In this document: positions 35,814 through 46,999 of the stretch, one piece after another
How the letters are laid out: each line of letters begins with the position of its first letter
Numbering within the stretch: the first letter of the stretch is position 1
DNA from: Bigelowiella natans CCMP2755
Taxonomy: Eukaryota > Protista > Cercozoa
Assembly: GCA_000320545.1 (NCBI GenBank)
Contig: ADNK01002292.1
Span: forward strand, 1 to 48,442
Direction: 5' to 3'
Length of the DNA: 48,442 bases
The notes under the pieces: model-generated
Seen by the model: the letters and a program-made list of their open reading frames with translations, nothing else
Told to the model about the DNA's origin: nothing
Databases searched by the model: none
Translations under genes and position numbers: made by a program

Positions 35814-38632
35814 ATGTGGAAACGGGAGAAAGGGGTGATGATAACCCTGGTTATCATTGGGGTGCTACTCGTTTGTGGGATTGTTCCAAGAAAGCGACAA
35901 GAAAGGCTCCGGAGGTCGTTTGCCACCCCATTCAGGTTGTGTTTGACAGATAGTGGGGGGCTTCCAATTTAATTCCATGGAATATCTAATTTTAAAGTCG
36001 AGAGTAGATAATAGACGAACAAGTTATTGTTACATCCACGTGATATTTGGTGTGAAGTCTCCGTGAAAGCCTGTGTACCGAAATTGTTCGGAAACTATAA
36101 GAAGTGGATGGGCAGAGATAAATAAACGGAAATAAAACATTCGTTTCTTATTTTTACATCGTATTTGGCGAAGGTCGATTCGTATTTCGAGTGGGCGAAG
36201 AACCGCAATCTGGAGCTCCAAAGACCCCCAGAAAAGGGATGGCAAAAGTACGAGGAGTTGGCGGGGATGGTGTATTTTTTTGCCGAGATTGAACCCAAAC
36301 CTTGTCTTTATTCATTCAGGGAATCGTCCAATACAACCATCAGGGTCTGATAGGAATCCAAAAGGGTACAATATATGAATACACACGGTGATTTATTCTA
36401 CGTGACACTGACAATTACGCACGTCACTTATTAGAACACCGTCTCCGCGCCGCCCCTCGTCTATGCGTCCGTCTTCTCTCAGTTCCAGCACGAATCGATC
36501 GGCCGGAAACATTCCAGCAGCTTCACTATCTACGTTTATTCCATCCCCCCCTCCCTCGTCCTCATCAACTCGAAAAAGCGCTCGTGATTCTTGGGATAAG
36601 CCACAGGCTCCTGACTTAGGGAAGCCACACCCAAAGTTCTCGAAGAATCTAGATACGCCGAGAAGGCCACGAAGACAACAGCAGCAGCAAAGAGGCAATC
36701 ACGTAGGAGGGGGATATCACAATTACCCCTTGAACAACAAAAATAGCAATCTCGGCAGGAACTTCCGGTGGGGTATAATTTGCATTTGTTTTTCCGGACG
36801 GTGTATTGACTCAGATAAAGAGGAGTTTAAGAGGGAGGGGGGCTCCTATGTACATTTCATACTGCTATATGAATATAATTTTCACGAAATCTGATGCAAT
36901 GAATTAGGCACCAGAAGGAAGCTAGATTGTCTCCATCCTTTCCTGCAAACAGCGGCGCTTCAGGGGCGTGGAAGGCCCCGGGAGAGTCCCCCCCTCCTCC
37001 CCCTCACTCCTCAGCTCTCTTATTTCGAAGCAAGATGCATATGCGCGTACGAGCAGATCGCAGATTTCAGCGTACTATTCTTATCGGGGATGTCCACGGC
37101 TGCTTCGTGGAGCTCAAGGCGTTGCTGAAAAAGGCACGCTTCAACGTCCAGTCGGATCGCCTCGTTCTCGCCGGTGATTTGGTGGGGAAAGGCCCCTACT
37201 CCAGGCAGGTCGTTGAGTTTGTGAGAAAGATGGGCGGTATTGCGGTGAGGGGAAACCATGACCATCGCGCGGTGAAAGCGCACGCAGGCATGCTGCGGAC
37301 GCTCAAGACCGAGGTGAAGAAGCTGGTCGATGAGCTGGGTGCCGAAAGCCTCGATTGGCTTGCAACCCTTCCCCTCTCCATTTTTCTCGAAGAGTAAGTC
37401 TTTTTTAATCGTCTGTGCGTGCGTATGTGTGAGTGCGTGCGTGCGTGGGGGCGTGGGAGCGTCACCTCCGGCGATGAGTTTCTGGGATTTCTCAGAATAT
37501 GTTAAGATGTAATCTTTCCAGAGGAGCCACCAGTACTGAAGGACCGATGAATCTTGCCTTGTGACATGGCCATTCCTTTTTTATCATCGGGGCTTCGTTT
37601 TGATTGAAAATCGTTGTGTTTATATTTCTATCATCATACAGTAAATATATACACATATGTAATTACTCATTTAATTTATTATATATATGCTCAGATATAA
37701 GGCCTATGTCGTTCACGCAGGCGTCATGCCTCACACGCGCGTTGAGCAGAACACGCCGGAGCTACTTATGAACTTGCGAGGGCTCGGAAACAACCGCCGC
37801 CCCACCATGAAGCATGGGTACGTTCTAAACGGGAGAAATCCACCACCACCACCACCACTGCCCTAGTCTGAGAGCTAATCGTCGTCGTTAAATGACAGAG
37901 AGGGCGAGCCGTGGGCACAAAGTTGGGAGGGTCCAGAGTTGGTTATCTTCGGCCACGATGCGACACGGCGGTTGCAGGTTCTGTTGCCTTGCTCTTGCAC
38001 CCATAGATATGCATAGTAGTATCGAAAGGGTATTTGCTTTCCGATCATCACTGACGCGCTCACGAACACACGCGCGCGCGCGCACACACACACACACACA
38101 CATATAACAGATTTTCTCCTCGTGAATTGAATTGCTGATTTTAGGTACACAAGTATGCTTTGGGCTTGGATACGGGTTGTGTTCATGGCGGCAACCTCAC
38201 GGCGCTCATCCTCCCTGAGTTTCGGCTCATCAGCGTCCGGGCACAGCATATGTACAAACCGCCCAAAATCCCGTGGGAGGATGATATAACTGCTGCAGCA
38301 GCGAGCGTAGTCACCCCAGTGGATCCAGTATCATCTCCACCACCATCATTATCATCATCATCATCATCATCATCACCACCGTCGTCGACGTCGTCAACAA
38401 AACCTTTACCATCAACAAGCGTGAGAGGGGAGACACCCACAGGCAAGGGGGGCACTAGAAGCAGAAGGAAGAAGGGTGGTGGTGGAAGGGAGGAAGTAGA
38501 CTCATCATCCAAAGAGCAGCAGAAGCCGCAGCACCGGCAAATGCAGCAACAACGCGCTAGAAACGGTGGGGGAGGCAGAAACAGCACTATAGATAGCAGT
38601 AGTAACATTAGCAGTGGCATTAGAAGCGACAT

Positions 38633-38671
<39 letters not shown>

Positions 38672-38729
38672 GAGTAGCATGAGGAACAAGGCAATCAATA
38701 GCCATAGTGGTGATAGTCGTAGGAGAAGC

Positions 38730-38764
<35 letters not shown>

Positions 38765-38945
38765 TAGTATAAATCGAAGTGGTAGTAACGATAGTAGCAG
38801 CGGTAGCAGTAGACTCAGGAACACGCGGTCTTCCTCAAAAGAAAATTCAACGAATCAATTCGGCAATGATGAAGGAAAACCGATGATTTCCGATGATGTA
38901 GAGTCGATGATAGGTAGTCCGAGGAGGAAGAGTAAAGGTTTGTAA
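35814..38945 (+). CDS. ApaH-like / Ppn2-like PPP-family metallophosphoesterase (bis(5'-nucleosyl)-tetraphosphatase or endopolyphosphatase-like) with an N-terminal signal anchor and long low-complexity linker and tail
   Basis: Core motifs GDVHG, GDLVGKGP, RGNHD (exon about 36908-37395), VVHAG, PW..W.GPELVIFGHDA and ALGLDTGCVHGGNLTAL. Candidate first exon from ATG 35814: MWKREKGVMITLVIIGVLLVCGIVPRKR (TM anchor). 5' exon joins are less certain than the core. Stop at 38943-38945. Confidence 0.85.
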
Positions 38946-39049
38946 CGATAGAACTGGTATTTGTTGTGGTTCTGCTGCACAAAAAATGATATTGTACATA
39001 ATGAAGAGGTTATCACAACACGGAATAATTCATGTAACCCAAAATTGTC

Positions 39050-40330
39050 ATGATGTTGCGAGACTGGACATCGATCGTGTGTCTAGCTTGCCATATTCGT
39101 GCGCACGACCAATCTGTACGTGATGCGCGTCGCAACGTGAACTTTCACGTTCTCACGATGCGTAATGCAATCATGATCTCTACAGATAATATAGAAATAA
39201 CTATTTGTGCAAATCAACACAATGCGACAGATGCAACTATGAGTGCAGTCTCTGCATTTGATGCCATGCCAGAATGTGGAGTCATGATCGACGGGCAACA
39301 CACAAGCTAGCAAGATCGCTGGCTGCACTCGTCATCATCGTAGTCCGTCGTTTGCGTGCAGACGCTCCATGGCGCTGTGCGATCACAGCTAGACAGCATG
39401 TGACATCATTTTGGCATGCATGGCTTGTGCTGTCCCTGCTGGCTAGCTCTAGAATTCTCAGGACTGTCGCTAGATTGGCTGCCCACACTGCTGCACTGGA
39501 CCATGTCCAGACGATGGCACAGCCTACGTCAAAACGACTGCGCACGCACAATCATACAATTCTGGAATTTTGCAATGCAACAAGCCGCTTGCGAGTCACG
39601 ACACCGCACGTGCAGCCAAATGACGTTTCTGAGGATGGCGTTCTGTGCAATCCATCCCACCAATGAGCTGGCGCGCGCCGCCGTCTAGTCGTGCTTCTTT
39701 TTCACATTTTTCTGAACTCTCACTTCGTTGCCACTGAGCATCGCTAGATCTCATGCCTTGACTTGCTTCTTCGTTCTTCGTGGACCATAGCAAAGCCGGG
39801 CTGTCCGGCCTGCGCGTGGAACAACTCTAGCTAGTGTGACTGTCTAGCTAGAACTGCAATGAGACCTCCTTTCGGATCAAACACAGCTCTAGCTACATGC
39901 AGACAATCAAGGATGTGGGTGGAGCTGATCTGTCGTTATTGCGAGGGGGCTAAGGGGATCCTTTGCTAGTTTGCACGCTTGACATGTGCAGTGATGATGA
40001 TGGCAAAATGCGAGCACCAGAGAATGCCCAAGAACAAGACGAGCACAACAGCTCACGCTAGGACGTTTGAATGACAATTGTGAGAGGACAGCAGCTAGCA
40101 GAAACTAGGAAACAATGAAACTCAAAATTCTAACATGGTGTTCACACCAGATATCATTGCCTACACATGCGCCATCTAGCCATCTCGTACCGCACTCATG
40201 ACAGACACAGGTCTATCATAGTCGCATCGCATGTGTAGATCTAGAGATGTACATGCGCATGTTCTAGCGCAGGGCTGCAGCATGTCCATCTAGTCTAGAT
40301 GCAAGTGCATCTTTGTGCGTGAGCATGTGA
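39050..40330. mobile_element. CTAG/CATG/TGCA-rich intergenic block; probable degenerate repeat
   Basis: Same compositional signature as the other blocks; overlapping short ORFs have no motif. Confidence 0.35.
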
Positions 40331-40378
40331 CACGTGCGTACTATAAATCAAGTAAAAAACGGAGGTTCTACATACTTT

Positions 40379-40932
40379 TCAAAGAATCATGGCAATGGTG
40401 CACTTTGACTTCTTCTGCATCATTATTATGTTAATCTTTGCAGTTGGCTTTCTGCTAGGATTGGAATTTATTTTGATCGTTTCTGCAACTAAGCATACTG
40501 AAGGGACTGAATGCAGTACAGGATTCTCTACTTCCAGTACTGGGCTTGTCTCTCTTATCGTGGTCGATAGGTATTTCAAAAAATCCTTCCTACTGTACAA
40601 CTGCTGCCAATCATTTGCCAGAATATTTATTTTTACTAAGTTGCTTGAGATGAGGTGAGATGAACAGGAGCTCGAAGATTTAATTCACTACGAATTTCCC
40701 CTGATCGAGCAATTCAACGATGTCTCCGTACAGCGAGGAAGCCAGATCACGAGACTTTCGTGGCGTCAAGTCGGACGGACTGAGGCACCGGAGCTTGGTA
40801 GTCAGAGCCTTCCGCACCAACAAAAGCGAATCCAGTTTTTGGAGAGTCATTCGTTTTGGCAGCTAAACACCCAGCAAGGCCGAGGTATGGAACAGAAAAG
40901 GTGAGGAAACCCCCAATCAGTTTAGTCGCCAT
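40379..40932 (-). CDS. Possible small or degenerate gene; ATG in CCACCATGG context encoding a hydrophobic-start peptide
   Basis: MATKLIGGFLTFSVPYLGLAGCLAAK (61-aa ORF 40932-40747) plus downstream open frames that I could not splice consistently. Confidence 0.25.
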
Positions 40933-41639
40933 GGTGGAGCTTCTCGTGTGTTTGATTTGTATGGGGGAGAACGCTCTTCAAGTTAAGAATGTTTGAAACA
41001 GGTTCTCCGAAGAACATTCGGCGGAATTTATGACTGTAACAACATACGACAAGGACCAAATGCTTAATTTCTAAAAAATGTATTTGCTTCGAAACTTACG
41101 GAAAAATAAAATAGTCTGAGAAGCTATCTTTAAGAAAGTTCCAGCTTGAGCTTTCATCTCTACATCCTTGCATGGAAAGCAAAAGGGAACCCTTTTTTCC
41201 AATTTTTCTCTTGGAACCGGCCAATGATCTATAAATTTAATTTGCCCAAAAATTCCAAACAATCTGAATTTTGTTGGAAGGTTGTCGAATGGATGACTGT
41301 CGGGGTACCCAAAAGTACCTAGAATACCCCATGTCTCATCATGTCTTATCTCTCTAAAATTCGAGCACCAAGAGCGCTTTTTCTACTAAGATCACAGATC
41401 ATGCTACGACTGATCCCACATTTTAAAAAATGATGTAATTTTTGCACTGCGTCAAAATTATTTGTTGGAATTTGTGACATTCCGGAGCCCTCCTGTACGT
41501 TGGAAAGAAAATTCATGATCTTTTGACATTGGTATTCAAAATGCGATTCAATTTTCCGGATTTGGAAACTCAATCCGGGCGGGGGGAAAAAGCATGCGAC
41601 ACATTCCATGCAGACAATTCGTGTGGTTTTGGGGTGATC

Positions 41640-42760
41640 GGTTCAGACTGGGGAAAATGGTCGCTGTTGAGTCCTCGCAATGATTTTTGTTGAGGCGCTG
41701 CTTGTTGCGTGTCTGCAATTGCGTGTTTGTGCATGTGTGTCTCCCTGTTGGTTCTTGCTCATGTAGTTTTTGCATCAAAGCTTTGTTCATTGTTCATTTT
41801 TCATTGTTCATTGCTAGATTGGTGACTGCATCCGCAATTGGCATCCGTGTGCCGGTCCCTCACACACACAACGTGTGAGCAACGTTTCTTCTGCACAGCA
41901 GAAACAGTTCTGATGATCCTCTGTTCGGCTGAACCAATGCAGTTGTGTTGTCCATTCACTCGTTCAGGGTTCAGCACCAGGTTGCCAGAGCAAGCGCAAA
42001 AAGCACACACAACGCAGGACTTCCTGCACGTGAAAAAACGGTGCAAAATTCCCGCAACCTGGCTCTCATTTGTGCTGGGCGGTCACATGGTCACGTGCCA
42101 TGCACACTCCACCAATCGCTTGTTCTTCGAGATGCAGTCCAGCTTGTCAGCAGCTCCAGAGCTTGCTAGCTTCAACTGCAGCACCCACTTTCCACAGAAA
42201 GGCAATCAACAAGCTTGCGTGTCACACAAGCGCAAGAAAACGTGTCTAGTTTCCACGAGTGCATCTGTGAGACGAAAATGATTGCATTGCTAGCACGAGG
42301 CTTCGTGCTTGACAAACTTGCGCACACACTCTAGCTAGCTAGACATTCCCTAGATGTTCGAACATCGCATCTTTGTGATGGCCATGATTGCACTGCTAGA
42401 CTGTGATTAGACAACACTTCTAGCTCTGACGTTGACACATTTGATTTGCATGCATTCATTGAAACCAAAACAAAATGAACACAAACCTGTCGCGCCACCA
42501 CTAGACCAGCCTAGCAAGCGCACAAAAAAGCACAACGAAGTACGAACAACTAATCTTTGGGATCGACGCATGCCTGTGCGCAGCACATTCAGGCCTGGAA
42601 CGGCTGATCGGCTGGATTTTACTGCATCATTCTGTTGTTTATCATTGAATCATTGTTTTGCATCTGTCCACAATTGAGCCCAACATTACGTTTCTTGTCA
42701 AAATCATGTGCATGCGTTTCGCATGTCTTAGATGTGTCAATCTAGATTCATGAAAACTCT
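41640..42760. mobile_element. TG/CA- and CTAG-rich intergenic block; probable degenerate repeat
   Basis: Compositional signature only. Confidence 0.3.
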
Positions 42761-42781
42761 GAGTTTTCATTTCCTATTGGT

Positions 42782-44370
42782 CTATATGTGAATGATATTT
42801 CGGCGACTAGACGGCGATTCAGGTTCACATTTTTTATCGTCTCCAGAAAATTCATCTACAGCTTTAATGTGTTGTATTGTGGTGGACTTCGTTATCAATT
42901 TAGCTGCGCTGCTAGACTTTGTCAAGGGAATAGATGTTTGCTCTGATTTGAAATTTCTTGCTCTTGGACTTCTGCTCTTTCCGACAGAGTTCATGCTAGT
43001 GTTGTTTTGACTAGATTTCAAAGAGTTTTTTGTTGTTCGATTCGAATTTTCCCATGAACTTGAATATAAACTCGGCAGGTAGTTTAAGAAAAAGAACAAC
43101 TTCGCCACCCTTGGGATGAAAGGAACATGAGCGTAATATTGGGAGAAAAGCAATAACAGCATGAGCCCAACGTAAAAAATTTCATTCTCAGGGTTGTATG
43201 CGTCGTCCGTAAAACCATCAGAAAAACTCATATCACTTTGAAAAAATGTAACCGCTAAGACGAAACTTATGAACGACAGCATAGATCCCAGGATCCAGAG
43301 CTTTGTTATAAGTATGTCTAACTTACGACGGGTCTTGTCTAACTTCGAAACATGTGATTTTTCTAATTCTGTCATTTGACTTTCGTGCTGACTTTGTTGG
43401 GCTTGATGTTGCCTAAGTTTCGCTCTAAGTTTCCGAAGGTAGTATATAAGAAAAAGGAGTGAGCTTGGGACCACAACACTTGCAACTATCCAGACACCAC
43501 TAAATGCTCGTTGGGAGTCCGTAATTCCAGTCAGAAGAATCTGTTTTATCAATTGGTACTGATTTTTAAAAGAGATATTTACAAATTTCTGACAAAGAGG
43601 AGCACTCACCGCTAATGATGTCAGAAGTATCACTGTTCCGGTAAATATATTAAATACGATCTTCACCCATTTTGGAACCTCAGCTCGGAGATTGGCGGAA
43701 GTGTACGAGGCGACTAGTACATTGTACCTGTGAGCAAAATTATTTAGGAGGAGGAAATACGTCGTACCCAATACCTTACATGATGCGAAAAGATACATAG
43801 TAGGCCAGATTCTAAATTTAAACGCATTTTGTGAGACTCGGAACGTTTGAAATTAAGGATTTTGTGGGATAACCCCTGTGATTGCATAGATAACAAGAAC
43901 CACTCGCCAGTCTGCAATACATTTCGAATGTCATTAATGAAGTGTAAAATTGGGTGATGATCTAGATACCGAGGTAGACTTCTCCCTGAGATATTGATAA
44001 ATGGATTCAGAATAATAAAGATAAAATAGATTTTGCATTCATTACCAAGATTACGAAAGTTATTCCAACTGAGAGCATCGCATTAGCCCTAGGTAATTTA
44101 TAAATATGTGTGTCGGATAGAGTTAACAAGCTGACTAAATAAAATCCACCAGTGCAATGGTCGTGCCACTCTGCGATTAGTAGCTTTCTCTGTGCAGAGA
44201 AGCTGCAGAAAGGAATATACCTAGAACGTTGCATCTCAACATGTATCGGTTGACAGAAATGACGTAATGCACACACGTCCTGCAAAGCTATGAATCCAAG
44301 TTTTACAAACACTGCAATCAACATAGCAAAAGTCAGCGGAGGACAAACCAACATGAATCTACCAACCAAC
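42782..44370 (-). CDS. GPCR-like seven-TM protein (THH1/TOM1/GPR137-like pattern, tentative)
   Basis: The last exon (about 43810-42782) encodes about five TM helices, a basic coiled loop (YLRKLRAKLRQHQ..KTRRKLDILITKL) and a Ser/Thr-rich tail. Upstream exons at 43.85-44.37 kb add hydrophobic helices (MLVCPPLTFAMLIAVFVKLGFIAL). The start is uncertain. Confidence 0.6.
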
Positions 44371-44387
44371 CAGATATAGCTCTTTCA

Positions 44388-45034
44388 GTGGACAGCATCG
44401 TGTTCGTAGACGTGCCTGAAGAGGTCGCACCCTGCGTGATGGACCTACTGAATCAGATGCGTCGGCAAGCAATTGTCAACTTGATGTCAGAAGCGCGTGC
44501 CCAATTTTGTGGAATTCCGAGAAAAGTTCTTCCGGGCTCGAAATGCAGTAGTATTCGATGCATATTATCTTGTCGTTTAACAAAAATAGCCTGGGATGAA
44601 CATCATAGCTCAATGGGTACTGACGGTTCCATGTACTGCACAAAAACTGTGCCACACGAGCTCTTCTTGCTTCTTATCCATTGCAATTTTCCGGGGGGTA
44701 CATCCATGCCATCAGTGTTGCCCAGACAACCCCCAGACATCTTGACGGGGTTTTGCACGCATTCCCTTCAACCAAGCGTCGCATCGATGAGATCCCCATC
44801 AAGTGTACCGCCAATTCATCGAACGCGACGGCAGCACAGTTTTCTGAGCGTCCGCGCGTCCGCACACTTGCACTGCTGTCGTTACGACCGATGGCATCGA
44901 ATTCCGGCTCTGCGACAACTACGCAATTTCCTGTTTCGAATCGGCATTCGGAGTGTCAAAATCTAGAAAATCCCCCAGCATTTGCAAGGCCGTATGTTTA
45001 CACTTTTTGCACCGCGCCTTTAATTAGTTCTTAA
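44388..45034 (+). pseudogene. Possible frameshifted PD-(D/E)xK restriction-endonuclease-like (Crinkler-associated type) relic
   Basis: Fragments in three frames: VNLMSEARAQF; LDGVLHAF..IDEIPIKCT..ATAAQF; then after a TGA, TAVVTTDGIEFRL. Their order resembles the sEA-R..F / D..E-K..A-AQ / G-TDG-W-F pattern, but the similarity is weak. Confidence 0.25.
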
Positions 45035-45235
45035 AGCTGTCGCGAAGTGAGAACCGCATTCGTTTCGGCGTAATATTGCTCGCTGCAGCACCAGCCCCAA
45101 CAAAACCCTGCGCAGACAGCCGATGTAGGGAGAGTAGTGATATTCACTAAGTCAGGGAGCTGAGCTCACAGCCCCGCTTCGATATTGCCTTCGGATTGTC
45201 TTCGACAAGGAACTCCCTTGTTAGTGATATTAGTG

Positions 45236-46981
45236 ATGATGTTCCTGTCCAGGGCAACTTGGCTGCTTGTTCTGATCAACTGCAGTGTTGTAGCACAGCA
45301 GGCACCATCCCAGTGCTATCTCGAGGATGCAAATGCTGACTGTGCAATGTGCTGGATTACTGACCCCCAGGGTGTCCAAGTGTCGCTTGTACAGTGTCCA
45401 ACAAATGAAATTGACGCATTTTGGATGCCGAATTTCCCTGAGACGCTCTATGCAGGAGAAACGTTCTCTGTGGATTATGCATTGCAAGTAGGGAGCGGTG
45501 TTGAGGTTATTCCTGCGATCAATAGTGAAGACGATGAATATGGTCTTGGTGGGAATCTTGCGTTCGAAATTCCTCATGCAAATATCCACTCCTGCATCTC
45601 ATCACGCGGGGCATGTACTCCATTCGTTACAAATACCCCAGGACTATCTACACATACAGAGGAAAAACAAGGGAACTTGACTGTAGATGAAACTGGGGTC
45701 AGCACGATTAGATTCACTTCTGAAATTAGCTTACCGGAGGAAGAATATGTCATAATTGCACATTTTCGTTTCTTACGACCTCTGCTCATAAATGGTAATA
45801 AAGTCAAATCAATAGGCATGGAAGATGGCTTTGTATTCAACTGCACCGAATCTTCGGGTGGGTTCTGCCTCAACCAATATGATGTGGCAATAGGTGTAAC
45901 ACGAACAGTAGCAACAAGGATGCCAACTGTTGCCCTAAACGCATATGTCTATGCTAGCGCAGTAGCAATGGTCATGGCAATAATTATCGTTTCCTTTTGT
46001 TACGCTTATAAACGCGGTAAAATTGACATCGATAAGATCGTCGCCGTCGTATTCAACGAGGTTGTAGTCACATCGTTAAACTTTCTTTCTGATCTGGTGA
46101 GTGTAATTTGTTATACAATTACGTATGTAACTGTAGTCCTTCAAGACGAAGCTTTGGTTAGTATTATTCCTATTGGTCTACTATTTACGGTCTCAGGTTG
46201 GATATCTCTACTGGTTTTTTTCTATGTCGCGGTGAAACACTTAGAGACTCACAAAAGGAAAAAATTAAATGCAGACTTATATCATAAAGAAGTTGTTCAA
46301 AAAATCACAACAGCATCTCCCCGAGTATCTATCGTAGAAGAAAGAAAATCGACTGGAAATGATTTCAGTGTAGGCGAACCTTATCCAATACAGACAATTG
46401 CTGAGCATAAACCTGCCTGCGTCGAGAATACAGCTCAAACCTTAGAAGGGCGTACCCTTGTAAACTCTTACATTAAATCTACTCGAAGATTTGAAATTCT
46501 GGTAGCAAATGGGCTTGGAATCCTCTTGCGCGACGGGCCGATAGCTGGCAGTACTTTCTACATTTTAATTTTACAAAGCAATGCATCTAAAGATGTCATG
46601 ACACTTATGTTAACTTCTCTTCTGCTGTCCGGTATTGGCATTGGGTACATGGGAGCAAGGGTGTCCGAAATTGTGTCACATAGAAAACAATTGCGACAAA
46701 TTGCTGATCAACTTCGGGGCTTTACTCGCAGGAATGCCGGAACAAAAGCAGCAGCGTTGAGTAGGCTGGACGACTCCCAGATGGCCAGCGGTATTAACTC
46801 CAAAGGAACACCAGAGATTATTGGAAGAAAAATTCGATATATTCCTCGTGCGAAAGTAGATCTCATTTCTCCACGAAGATCAGCGAGACGAACAAGTACC
46901 GAGATGACATACTCGACACCAAGACAATCACCCGCTGTTCCGCTTCGTCCGTGCCCCAGCACTCTTACTTTTGCAGATTAA
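45236..46981 (+). CDS. Intronless receptor-like membrane protein: signal peptide, Cys-containing ectodomain, about 5-6 TM helices, basic Ser/Thr-rich tail
   Basis: Uninterrupted ORF. Signal peptide MMFLSRATWLLVLINCSVVA. Ectodomain motif EIPHANIHSC...GACTPFVTNTPGLSTHT..YVIIAHFRF. TM segments from YVYASAVAMVMAIIIVSF to LMLTSLLLSGIGIGYMG. Confidence 0.85.
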   Translation: MMFLSRATWLLVLINCSVVAQQAPSQCYLEDANADCAMCWITDPQGVQVSLVQCPTNEIDAFWMPNFPETLYAGETFSVDYALQVGSGVEVIPAINSEDDEYGLGGNLAFEIPHANIHSCISSRGACTPFVTNTPGLSTHTEEKQGNLTVDETGVSTIRFTSEISLPEEEYVIIAHFRFLRPLLINGNKVKSIGMEDGFVFNCTESSGGFCLNQYDVAIGVTRTVATRMPTVALNAYVYASAVAMVMAIIIVSFCYAYKRGKIDIDKIVAVVFNEVVVTSLNFLSDLVSVICYTITYVTVVLQDEALVSIIPIGLLFTVSGWISLLVFFYVAVKHLETHKRKKLNADLYHKEVVQKITTASPRVSIVEERKSTGNDFSVGEPYPIQTIAEHKPACVENTAQTLEGRTLVNSYIKSTRRFEILVANGLGILLRDGPIAGSTFYILILQSNASKDVMTLMLTSLLLSGIGIGYMGARVSEIVSHRKQLRQIADQLRGFTRRNAGTKAAALSRLDDSQMASGINSKGTPEIIGRKIRYIPRAKVDLISPRRSARRTSTEMTYSTPRQSPAVPLRPCPSTLTFAD

Positions 46982-46999
46982 TCTTTCTAGCTTTAGTTG

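Noticed and set aside
39050-39793. Short ORFs in the CTAG-rich blocks as transposase or RT remnants
   Set aside because: No DDE, RT, RNase H, integrase or tyrosine-recombinase motif is recognisable.
41302-41330. GGGGTA…TACCCC inverted repeat as a transposon end or hairpin
   Set aside because: Only a 6-bp stem, with no matching partner TIR or target-site duplication found.
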